From Bacteroidales bacterium (GTDB taxonomy: Bacteria > Bacteroidota > Bacteroidia > Bacteroidales > WCHB1-69), in NCBI GenBank assembly GCA_017443175.1, contig JAFSOZ010000005.1, positions 801-64,800 on the forward strand: DNA of 64,000 nucleotides. The letters are read 5' to 3'. A model generated the notes under the pieces. The model was given only the letters and a program-made list of their open reading frames with translations. It searched no databases and was not told where the DNA came from. Both the position numbers and the translations under genes were made by a program. Positions 1 to 7,905 of the stretch are shown piece after piece; the stretch's first letter is position 1; each line of letters begins with the position of its first letter.

Positions 1-277
1 CGCCCGTTGAAATGGTGGCGACGGCACAGATTGCGTATGCGATGCATCGGGCTTGAATGAGTAGTCGTGGGATGAAAAAGAGATAGTGGCTGTACAATAG
101 CGCGAGAACAATGACTGCGGCCAGTCTTTCCTTGTACGGGATCCAGTGAAGCACAGGGCGCATGCCCGATGTCTTGGGGAAAATGCAGATGAGCAAGCAG
201 CAAAAGAGGATGTGAGGAAGCCAACATCTTCCAAAATGCAGGATTTTATGCCCAAGATAGGCCGCGGTTTTGTCCAT
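1..277 (-). CDS. 5' part (runs off window edge) of membrane protein paralogous to the LytTR regulator at 625-1494
   Basis: Hand translation from ATG 277 is open to the edge: MDKTAAYLGHKILHFGRCWLPHILFCCLLICIFPKTSGMRPVLHWIPYKERLAAVIVLALLYSHYLFFIPRLL...; aligns with HLVFCAIVIAVF..RPV..LYKE..IIVL of the neighbour; TATTTTTG promoter upstream. Confidence 0.75.
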   Translation of the reverse strand, partial: MDKTAAYLGHKILHFGRCWLPHILFCCLLICIFPKTSGMRPVLHWIPYKERLAAVIVLALLYSHYLFFIPRLLIQARCIAYAICAVATISTG

Positions 278-307
278 GTTTTAGCAGTGAAGGGAGTTAT
301 TTCAATG

Positions 308-315
308 CAAAAATA
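308..315 (-). promoter_or_regulatory. Bacteroidetes -7 promoter element (TATTTTTG)
   Basis: Matches TAnnTTTG about 30 nt upstream of ATG 277. Confidence 0.55.
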
Positions 316-381
316 AAAAAATTCAAGAAAAAATCAAGGGAATTTAATATTTCTAATGCTTTACAAGTGGAGCGCGACACC

Positions 382-436
382 TTTACCCTCTTTACCTCCT
401 TCACCCCATGTCCCTCATACACCCCTTTCACCCCAT
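382..436. repeat. 9-bp tandem repeat array (consensus ~TTYACCCCA)
   Basis: tttaccctc/tttacctcc/ttcacccca/tgtccctca/tacacccct/ttcacccca; contains stop codon of wHTH ORF. Confidence 0.85.
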
Positions 437-628
437 TTCCTCTTCCACCGCCTCGTAACCTCCAGTCTTGTTCGCCCCGACGTGCTCGATGAGGCCCTGC
501 TGTTTGAGGCGCGCGATTTGGCGGTATATGGTGTTATGTGTCACATTCATGCGTTTTGAGATGTCCTGTGCCGAGCAGCCAGGGTGTTTGGAGATATAGT
601 GGAATATCCTCTTTTGCTTTCTGCTCAA
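428..628 (-). CDS. Winged helix-turn-helix domain, probably the frameshifted C-terminus of the upstream LytTR protein
   Basis: LSRKQKRIFHYISKHPGCSAQDIS..NVTHNTIYRQIARLKQQGLIEHVGANKTGGY is a typical wHTH; TTG start overlaps upstream stop. Confidence 0.7.
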   Translation of the reverse strand: MSRKQKRIFHYISKHPGCSAQDISKRMNVTHNTIYRQIARLKQQGLIEHVGANKTGGYEAVEEEMG

Positions 629-1494
629 TTGAGCCTCTCTTTGTCAGGGATGACGTCAACGGAAATAGTTCGGTCCACTTCGGGACGGGTGTTTAGATGC
701 AGTTGTATCTGTTTGAAAATATCATCGGCCTCCCTGCGAGGGAAAATGATACGGACAGGTTCTATTTCTCCGTTGTAAACATCCACATGCTGTTCGGAAT
801 AATCCGTGATAGCATCGTACAGGACCAGGCAATTGCGTGAAATCCGAACGGCACAGGTGTCGCCAAGAAGATCATATAAATGCGTAAGCGTGCCGTACCT
901 GTCCACAGATTCCCCGTTTTTGAGATGTATGCGGGTGTAATTAGAACTCTGTTCACAATAGGAGATGTCCGAAACATGGACCAAGTCCGAAAATTCTTCC
1001 GTTTGCGGGACCTCGATTTGGTTGTGCTGTTTGAAGATTTGCCGTTCATTACCCAAGATGATTTTTGCCTGAATCCGGACTATGGCGAGCAAGGAGGCAA
1101 GCAGAGCGAATCCCGCATCCCTGGCCAATACAAAAAAGAAGGAGTTCAGAATATAACGGTTTACCATAGTCTGACCGAATTGCATGGCCAGAATGTTGTG
1201 GATTTGCGGATAGACGAGAAGCATTTCTCCCCCGGCCGCCAGCAAAACGGTCGCGAGCGTGAGCAGGGTAAAGCGGACGGGCCGGTTTATGGGGAGGCAG
1301 AGGGGAGCCCAGAGGAGCAGGATCGTGTAGGTGGCCACGAGGACTATGATGCCGCACAGGTATTCCTTGTACAAGGTCGGGAATGCGACGGGGCGAAGCC
1401 GGCAGAAGTTTCCGAAGACGGCGATGACGATGGCGCAGAACACAAGGTGTGCGGTCAGACGAAGGAGATTCTTTCTTTTTTTCATCATTTTCAT
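625..1494 (-). CDS. Membrane-anchored LytTR-family transcriptional regulator (about 4 N-terminal TM helices, no receiver domain)
   Basis: Hydrophobic N-terminus then LytTR motifs VSDISYCEQSSNYTRIHL and VRISRNCLV; start moved from 1530 because a -7 promoter lies at 1509-1516. Confidence 0.8.
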   Translation of the reverse strand: MKMMKKRKNLLRLTAHLVFCAIVIAVFGNFCRLRPVAFPTLYKEYLCGIIVLVATYTILLLWAPLCLPINRPVRFTLLTLATVLLAAGGEMLLVYPQIHNILAMQFGQTMVNRYILNSFFFVLARDAGFALLASLLAIVRIQAKIILGNERQIFKQHNQIEVPQTEEFSDLVHVSDISYCEQSSNYTRIHLKNGESVDRYGTLTHLYDLLGDTCAVRISRNCLVLYDAITDYSEQHVDVYNGEIEPVRIIFPRREADDIFKQIQLHLNTRPEVDRTISVDVIPDKERLN

Positions 1495-1508
1495 TGCGAA
1501 TAAGGCAG

Positions 1509-1516
1509 CAAAAATA
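1509..1516 (-). promoter_or_regulatory. -7 promoter element for LytTR gene
   Basis: TATTTTTG on minus strand. Confidence 0.55.
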
Positions 1517-1526
1517 GGCGTTTTTG

Positions 1527-1702
1527 CCATTCGTCATGCAGTGAAGCATAAAAATATGACGAATGGTAAGAATGTGTAGGATTCTGGAAATGTATTACGA
1601 ATGTATTTTATTATAGTCCTGTGTTTTACATGTAAAAATGGTATGATTTATTGATACATTTTATACTTGATTTATTGTTGCAGAAATTGACCATTCGTCA
1701 TA
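1527..1702. promoter_or_regulatory. Three copies of CCATTCGTCAT/ATGACGAATGG (1527-1537, 1556-1566 inverted, 1691-1701); candidate operator sites
   Basis: Exact 11-bp matches; 1555-1567 and 1690-1702 form a perfect 13-bp inverted repeat. Confidence 0.6.
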
Positions 1703-1762
1703 ATTTTGGGCTTTTTGGGGCATGATACGGCAACGAGTATGTTTTTTTCAGTATTAGGACAG

Positions 1763-1770
1763 TATTTTTG
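1763..1770 (+). promoter_or_regulatory. -7 promoter element for lipoprotein gene
   Basis: TATTTTTG 18 nt upstream of ATG 1789. Confidence 0.55.
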
Positions 1771-1788
1771 TAACAAAAACACAACAAT

Positions 1789-2298
1789 ATGAAAAGAACA
1801 AGAATGATTATGGTGAAGCACGCCATCTGTATAGTGCTGTCATTGCCTTTGCTTGTGTTGGGATGCCAAAGGCCGGATGAAACGACCCCGAACGAGAAAA
1901 ACAGGTTGATATCCCTGAGTCCAGAAACTAAAACAGGATCAATGTTCTACATGGTCAGTGAGGTTGGTCACGACGGGTCCAAGTGTCCTGGATGTGTATT
2001 TGAAGCAGGTCAGTTGGTACATGTGGATTGCCAAGGTGACGGAAGTCAATGTAATATTACAGCCTCTGTCACCCTTCAGCAGGTGGGCTCGGCCATCACG
2101 GCCACGACCACGGACACGTTCGGGTTGACGAGCCTTGACTTTTTCTACATGCCGGCACGTTCTTTGAGCACGGGCGAGGGTGGGGACAATGCTTACCTCA
2201 ACATCCCGGCGCAGCTGGTTGAGCGCGACACCGCCACCCTTCAGTTCACCTTCACCGGGCTGTTTTACACCGGCAAACCGGCGTACAATAACTTTTAG
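1789..2298 (+). CDS. Hypothetical lipoprotein with HxxxxCxxC and HxxCx6C motifs
   Basis: Lipobox LVLGC; HDGSKCPGC and HVDCQGDGSQC. Confidence 0.75.
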   Translation: MKRTRMIMVKHAICIVLSLPLLVLGCQRPDETTPNEKNRLISLSPETKTGSMFYMVSEVGHDGSKCPGCVFEAGQLVHVDCQGDGSQCNITASVTLQQVGSAITATTTDTFGLTSLDFFYMPARSLSTGEGGDNAYLNIPAQLVERDTATLQFTFTGLFYTGKPAYNNF

Positions 2299-2403
2299 GC
2301 ATTCATTGGTGTTGACCGTTAGCTAATTAAGCCAACACTTGCCCACCAACAGCCTTATGAACAATTTAAAACCTTTTATATTCACAAAAAAACACTTACG
2401 CTT

Positions 2404-3201
2404 ATGAAAAAGAGAATTTTTCTTGCACAAATCCTGATTGTTTGCTGGGTATCCTTGATTGCACAGGACAAACCGACACCATGGTATACTAACGGCAATA
2501 TTTTCCCGGAAAATATTGTTCCCGTTATGGGTTCCATAACCAATAATCCATTTGCATTGATAACAAACAATACGTTGCGAATGTATGTGGACACTAACGG
2601 CAATATTGGCTTTAACACACTTTCTCCCAAGCAGATGCTTCATGTCGTGGATGGCAACATATTATTGTCTCACACATCCCGCGCACAGGGTTCTCTTAAC
2701 GGATCTATACTATTCGGTGCCGAGACCACTCCGACGTGTCCTTATGGGGTCTGGGGTATAGAATACGTGAACAATGAGAACGAAGGATACGGTTTAAATT
2801 TCTGGAAGACATGGAACTGCAGCACGGGTTTCAACCATGCTCTGTTCCTGTCCGACAGCGGCAATGTGGGGATCGGGACAAAAAATCCTCAAGCAAAACT
2901 TTCGGTGAATGGTAATATTTGCGCAAAAGAAATACGGGTTTCCCTTAATGGCACTCCTTGCTGGCCTGATTATGTGTTTGAAGAGGGGTATTCATTAACC
3001 TCCTTACAAGATTTGCAAAAATATATCAAGGAGAACAGACACTTGCCTGATGTTCCTTCGGCTGAGGAAATAAGTGACTCAGGAGTGAATTTGGGTGAAA
3101 TGAACACACTTCTTCTTAAGAAGATTGAAGAGTTAACTCTTTATATCATTAATTTGGAAGAACGTATCTGTATAATGGAGGAACAAGGAGGTTCTCGATG
3201 A
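2404..3201 (+). CDS. Secreted tail-fibre/intramolecular-chaperone-like protein (Bacteroidota GNVGIGT...WPDYVF family)
   Basis: Signal peptide; GNIGFNT and GNVGIGTKNPQAKLSVNG repeats; WPDYVF..HLPDVPSA..LLKKIEELTLY coiled-coil end. Confidence 0.75.
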   Translation: MKKRIFLAQILIVCWVSLIAQDKPTPWYTNGNIFPENIVPVMGSITNNPFALITNNTLRMYVDTNGNIGFNTLSPKQMLHVVDGNILLSHTSRAQGSLNGSILFGAETTPTCPYGVWGIEYVNNENEGYGLNFWKTWNCSTGFNHALFLSDSGNVGIGTKNPQAKLSVNGNICAKEIRVSLNGTPCWPDYVFEEGYSLTSLQDLQKYIKENRHLPDVPSAEEISDSGVNLGEMNTLLLKKIEELTLYIINLEERICIMEEQGGSR

Positions 3202-4667
3202 AGGCAATAGTTCACTTTATTGTTTGTTTTTTTACATTTTGTCAAGTTCTTGCACAGCAAACTCCATTCTGTGGAAGTTGGCAAAAGATATTGATGGTTA
3301 CCGATAATTGGGATTGCAATGACTATGAACACGGATTGTGGACATTAGTGTTTGAAGATAATTTTGATGGTAATACCATAAACACCTCGAATTGGTTCAC
3401 GTGTCCAGATGGCTGGCATAGAGACCATGGCGATGAATTGCAATATTACAAAGATGAAAACATTATATTATCTGATGGTATTTTGCATTTGACCGCAAAG
3501 CATGAGCCGGGGTATGATACTGTATACTACTTTGATTCTTTAGGCATGCATCCGCAAGAAAAGTTTTTTGAATATACATCAGGTTGGATTCAAACCAAAG
3601 CGCAATTCCAACACGGTTTGTTTGAGATAAGATGTAAAATTCCAAGCGGACAAGGTTTTTGGCCAGCATTTTGGTTTTATGGTAATGAAGGTGAAATAGA
3701 TGTTTTTGAATTTAACGGTAGTTATCCAAATAGACCTTATATGACTATTCATAATTGGCTGCAGAACGGAAACCATGAACAATGTTCTACTTCTCAATCA
3801 AGCAACACTAATTTTTCTTCTGATTATCATACGTTCTCTCTGGAATGGGATGAGTTCAAATTGTTATATCGTATAGATGGTAATATTGTCAATGTTTTTT
3901 ATAGGTATCTCAATTCGCTTGGCGTTGGTATGCCCTATTGCGAGTCTTTTCCAACAGGTTTATATCTCAAAAGCCCGTTTCTTCCTCAAAACGCCCAATC
4001 ATTAAGATTGAACTTGGCCATATCCCCGGAAGGGGGAGGTGTTGGAAATGCGCATGCCCCGAATAGTCAGACAGTTTTTCCTTCTTCATTTGATATTGAT
4101 TATGTACGAATATATAAAAAAAACAATCCTAATAGCACTATTCAAATATGCGATTTCCAAAACATTGAACCAAATGTGCTGACAGCTGATACCATAATAT
4201 TTTCCAACGGTTGTGAGACAAATATTACAACAAATAAAGCAGCTATAGCCAAAGCCAACAAGGAGATTATCTTAAAATCCGGATTTCATGCAGAGTCTGG
4301 TTCAACATTCCATGCTTTCATAAGCAATCCAACAAATGCAGCTACAACGCAGACAACGCCAATTTACGATAATAACACAGAGGATTATATGGAACAAAAA
4401 AAATACCTTCAAAAAAAACATAGGGAGCCATCAGTTTTGCTATATCCATCTCCAAATAATGGAAACTTTCAGTTGAATATAGAGGTGTTTGCAGAAGGAG
4501 AAGATGTTGACTTGGAAATAAGAGACATCTATGGAAAAACCATATATTTGCAAAGAATTTCAGGAAGCATTGTTCCCATAAGTGTTGATTGCCCTTCCGG
4601 CCAATATTTTGCGATACTGAAATGCGGAAGAAACACTGTTGTTGAGAAATTTGTTGTAATCAAATAA
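3198..4667 (+). CDS. Glycoside hydrolase family 16 with T9SS C-terminal sorting domain
   Basis: WTLVFEDNFDG, YTSG, WPAFW and catalytic EIDVFE motifs; LYPSPNNG..G.Y..KFVVIK CTD. Confidence 0.9.
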   Translation: MKAIVHFIVCFFTFCQVLAQQTPFCGSWQKILMVTDNWDCNDYEHGLWTLVFEDNFDGNTINTSNWFTCPDGWHRDHGDELQYYKDENIILSDGILHLTAKHEPGYDTVYYFDSLGMHPQEKFFEYTSGWIQTKAQFQHGLFEIRCKIPSGQGFWPAFWFYGNEGEIDVFEFNGSYPNRPYMTIHNWLQNGNHEQCSTSQSSNTNFSSDYHTFSLEWDEFKLLYRIDGNIVNVFYRYLNSLGVGMPYCESFPTGLYLKSPFLPQNAQSLRLNLAISPEGGGVGNAHAPNSQTVFPSSFDIDYVRIYKKNNPNSTIQICDFQNIEPNVLTADTIIFSNGCETNITTNKAAIAKANKEIILKSGFHAESGSTFHAFISNPTNAATTQTTPIYDNNTEDYMEQKKYLQKKHREPSVLLYPSPNNGNFQLNIEVFAEGEDVDLEIRDIYGKTIYLQRISGSIVPISVDCPSGQYFAILKCGRNTVVEKFVVIK

Positions 4668-4677
4668 ATCATTAAAT

Positions 4678-5346
4678 ATGAAACGATATGTTATTGTGAT
4701 GGTATTAGCAGGCATGGTGTTTTCCTGTATGGCGCAGCATGGCAATGACACATCCCGCAGAGTAGTAGTGCGCCCTTTAATTGAAGTTTTTGTTGGATCG
4801 CACGGTACGTTTTTCCCGGACGGTGTCAGCCAGAAAATGCCCTTTTCGGCGGGAGTGCTTGCAGGTGCGTCTTTTCTGGAAAAGAAGGGATTTCTGACAT
4901 TTAATACAGGATTTGTCGTATATAACGCCCATTTCAAGTGGATGGAAGAGAGTTTATTCCGTATCTTGTGTGCGCATCTGCCAGTTCTGATTGGCTATGA
5001 TTATCCTATAGGGGACAAAATGTCTATTGATGCATCGGCCGGTGTTATGTTCACCCGTATTTTGAAATATGCCCGCACCAATCCGATTGAAGAAGATTCA
5101 CAGTGGCCATACCCATACCCGCCAACACATTCGGGTGGTTGGATACACAACATGGATGAATATTGGAGCCAGTGTTGCGCTTTACATTTCCTTTTCACCA
5201 TGGGCTTTAACTATTGGTTCCATCCCAGGTTTGCCATACAGGTGGCCCCTTATTTCAGGTGTTGGATTCCGAGCTGGAATGTTGACTTCAGCGAGTCCAT
5301 TTTCAGCCCCACCTTGGGGTGCAAGGTGGGTGTTCTGTTTAGATAA
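4678..5346 (+). CDS. Outer-membrane beta-barrel protein
   Basis: Signal peptide, alternating beta-strand pattern, HLPVLIGY, C-terminal LGCKVGVLF. Confidence 0.65.
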   Translation: MKRYVIVMVLAGMVFSCMAQHGNDTSRRVVVRPLIEVFVGSHGTFFPDGVSQKMPFSAGVLAGASFLEKKGFLTFNTGFVVYNAHFKWMEESLFRILCAHLPVLIGYDYPIGDKMSIDASAGVMFTRILKYARTNPIEEDSQWPYPYPPTHSGGWIHNMDEYWSQCCALHFLFTMGFNYWFHPRFAIQVAPYFRCWIPSWNVDFSESIFSPTLGCKVGVLFR

Positions 5347-5368
5347 ACGGAATGGATCAGGAGACACC

Positions 5369-5547
5369 ATGCGCGTGGAAATGTCGACATGTTCGGGAGG
5401 ATCGTTCCCGTAGAGACGCAAAATTTTGCGTCTCTACCGTCCCCGACAACCACGGTCACCACCTCCGACATCCCCTCGGGCCTGTACGTTCTGCGCGTCA
5501 CCATGACCGACGGCACCGTGCGAACCACGAAAATCGTAAAACGATGA
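5369..5547 (+). pseudogene. Orphan T9SS C-terminal domain fragment with in-frame REP-like palindrome
   Basis: MRVE [frameshift] VDMFGRIVPVETQNFASLPSPTTTVTTSDIPSGLYVLRVTMTDGTVRTTKIVKR*; no cargo domain upstream. Confidence 0.75.
5410..5437. repeat. REP-like perfect palindrome GTAGAGACGCAAAATTTTGCGTCTCTAC
   Basis: 28-bp perfect palindrome; same arms as 6976-7003. Confidence 0.85.
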
Positions 5548-5560
5548 ACGATTATAGAAG

Positions 5561-5710
5561 GGTCTCCAGTCTTCAGTCTATAGTCTCCAGTCTTCAGTCT
5601 CCAGTCTCCGGTCTTTATTCTAATTCCCAACTCCCAACCCCCAATTCACCCCATGCACCAACTTCACCCCTTTTACCCCATTCACCCCATGTACCTCATG
5701 CCCCCTCATA
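5561..5710. repeat. Composite array: 7-bp AGTCTCC repeats, 7-bp AAYTCCC repeats, then 9-bp TTYACCCCA repeats
   Basis: Seen directly; the nonamer part contains the ubiE stop codon. Confidence 0.85.
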
Positions 5711-6382
5711 CACAGTGGTAATTCCCATTGACAAGCTGCGGTAATGCCCTCCGGAGAACCCGGCTATCCGCAGATGTTCCGCCATCTCTTCGCCCCAGAT
5801 GAAATTCTTGACACTTCGGTTGAGGTAGTCGTAAGCGGTTTTGTCGTGGCTCAGCCATTTGCCAATTTTGGGCAAGATGTGTGAAAAATAGAGGTCGTAA
5901 AACCAAGCGATGATTTTGTTGTTCGGGTAGGAGAATTCCAGAATCATGAGTTGGCCACCGGGTTTGAGCACGCGCCGCATTTCGCGCAGGCCTTGGTCCA
6001 GATCGGAGAAATTACGGACACCGTAAGCGCAGGTCACCGCGTCGAAATGCCCGTCGGGGTAGGGGAGCGCCAGGGCACTGCCCTCTGTAAATTCAATTTG
6101 CCCCTGCATGTTCCGCTTGGCCACTTTTTCAGCCCCGATTTTCATCATCTCCGTTGACAAATCAATGCCTATAACATGTTGCGCTTTCTGCTGCCGGATG
6201 ATTTCTATAGCCAGGTCGGCAGTACCGATGGCTACATCCAGCAATTGTTCGCAAGGGCTCATCCGTTTCACCGCTTTCTTGCGCCATCGTTTGTCGATAT
6301 TGAAAGAAAGAAGATGGTTCAGCTTGTCGTAAGAGCCGGCTATGCGGTTGAAAAGGGAGCCGATGTTGTTTTTTTCGTTCAT
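5696..6382 (-). CDS. ubiE: Demethylmenaquinone methyltransferase UbiE/MenG
   Basis: FNRIAGSYDKLNHLLSF..WR, LDVAIGTAD, GVRNF, RVLKPGG, YLNRSV. Confidence 0.93.
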   Translation of the reverse strand: MNEKNNIGSLFNRIAGSYDKLNHLLSFNIDKRWRKKAVKRMSPCEQLLDVAIGTADLAIEIIRQQKAQHVIGIDLSTEMMKIGAEKVAKRNMQGQIEFTEGSALALPYPDGHFDAVTCAYGVRNFSDLDQGLREMRRVLKPGGQLMILEFSYPNNKIIAWFYDLYFSHILPKIGKWLSHDKTAYDYLNRSVKNFIWGEEMAEHLRIAGFSGGHYRSLSMGITTVYEGA

Positions 6383-6960
6383 TATTTTTTCTTTTCGACT
6401 GAAAAACCGAATTTGCCGAACATTTTGCCCAAATCATAGTAATGTCCATGGGAATAGGTCACGAGGTTGGCACGTTGCAGTTCCAGGGCGTCCGTTTTCC
6501 TGTTGAAAAGTGCCTCTTTGGCGTGCACGGCCACAATTTCAGCGATGAACATGTCGTGTGAGCCCAAAGGGATGATTTCTTTAACTTTGCACTCAATGCT
6601 GACAGGGGCTTCGTCAATCATGGGAGCGTGCACCTGCGTGGCGCGCACGGGCGTGAGGCCGGTTTCGAGGAATTTGTTGTAATCCTTGCCCGATTTAACC
6701 CCGCACCAGTCGGCGATTGGTGCCAACTCGTTGCTGACCAGATTGATGACAAATCCTCCATTCTTTTTGATGATGTCGTAGGAGTGTCGGCTGGGGCGCA
6801 CGGAAATGTAACATAACGGCGGATCGGAGCACAAAGTGCCTGTCCAGGCGATGGTGATGATGTTGTATTCATCCAAGGTATCACCGCAGGAAACCATTAC
6901 TACAGGGGTAGGGTTCAGCATGTTGCCGGCGCGCAAGGGGCGTTTTTTGGTGGTTTTCAT
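6382..6960 (-). CDS. Flavin reductase family protein
   Basis: PTPVVMVSC, NIITIAWTG, SIECKV..LGSHDMFIAEI. Confidence 0.88.
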   Translation of the reverse strand: MKTTKKRPLRAGNMLNPTPVVMVSCGDTLDEYNIITIAWTGTLCSDPPLCYISVRPSRHSYDIIKKNGGFVINLVSNELAPIADWCGVKSGKDYNKFLETGLTPVRATQVHAPMIDEAPVSIECKVKEIIPLGSHDMFIAEIVAVHAKEALFNRKTDALELQRANLVTYSHGHYYDLGKMFGKFGFSVEKKK

Positions 6961-6975
6961 ATTGTTTAAAATCAC

Positions 6976-7003
6976 GTAGAGACGCACAGCCGTGCGTCTC
7001 TAC
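6976..7003. repeat. REP-like palindrome GTAGAGACGCACAGCCGTGCGTCTCTAC
   Basis: 12-bp arms, 4-nt loop, intergenic. Confidence 0.85.
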
Positions 7004-7032
7004 AAATTATAATGATGAAATTGATTCGAAAA

Positions 7033-7878
7033 TTATCTGCCAACAGAAAATGCAGTCTTGTTGGGTATGATGAGCAGCGGCATGGGGCAGGTGCTCAAAA
7101 TCTGGCGCATGTTGCGGGATGCCGTGAAATCGGTTTCCTGCTCTTCACGCATGATGGTGATGAGGTTGGCATCCAGTTCCTTGGCGCTTTTCAGGATCGT
7201 GTCGCACACATCGTTGTTGCTCACATTGTGAGTTTCGACATTGTAACGCACGTTGGCATCGTCGCACATGTCGGCGGCGTGGCGCAGCTGCACATTGACG
7301 ATGTGGCGGCTCTCATTGTTGTTGGGATATACCACGCCGAACAGATAGACCTGTGCAGCAAAATTCTTGGCCAGTTCGATGGAGAGTTTCATCTTCTGCA
7401 GCGTTTCAAAGCTGATGTCGATGGGCACAAAAATCTTGTGCAGGTCACGGTTGATCTGGATGTTTTCACGCATGATCAAAACAGGCACATCAGACTCGTT
7501 GATAAGTCTGAAAGCGTTGTTGCCGATGTAACCCTCTTCAAAGCCGGAGGCGCCGTGCGCACCCATCACGATGATGGAATCGGGCAGGTTTTTGGCAAAG
7601 CGCGTGACCTCAATGTGAACTTTTCCTTCCAATATCACAGTGTTAACCTGGCTTTCAGGAGATTCTTTCTTGCATTGGTCCGCCCATTGTTGCAGTTTGT
7701 TTTGTGAATGGGAGGTGAAATTACCGGATTCATTTTCGTTTTCCACGCTTTTGGCCCCGGGAGTTTTCACCCATACCAGATGCAGGGTGGCATTGGAGCG
7801 GATGGCTAATGCCACAGCATGGCGTGTGGCCGTCATAGCGCTATTGGAAAAGTCGGTACAAACAACAATATTTTTCAT
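7033..7878 (-). CDS. Universal stress protein (tandem USP domains)
   Basis: IVVCTDFS, IVMGAHG..GNNA, second domain IFVPID. Confidence 0.9.
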   Translation of the reverse strand: MKNIVVCTDFSNSAMTATRHAVALAIRSNATLHLVWVKTPGAKSVENENESGNFTSHSQNKLQQWADQCKKESPESQVNTVILEGKVHIEVTRFAKNLPDSIIVMGAHGASGFEEGYIGNNAFRLINESDVPVLIMRENIQINRDLHKIFVPIDISFETLQKMKLSIELAKNFAAQVYLFGVVYPNNNESRHIVNVQLRHAADMCDDANVRYNVETHNVSNNDVCDTILKSAKELDANLITIMREEQETDFTASRNMRQILSTCPMPLLIIPNKTAFSVGR

Positions 7879-7905
7879 AATGTACTAATTTTAAAGTTAA
7901 TAATC

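Noticed and set aside
2404-3201. Prophage tail gene
   Set aside because: Has a signal peptide and no phage structural or replication genes nearby.
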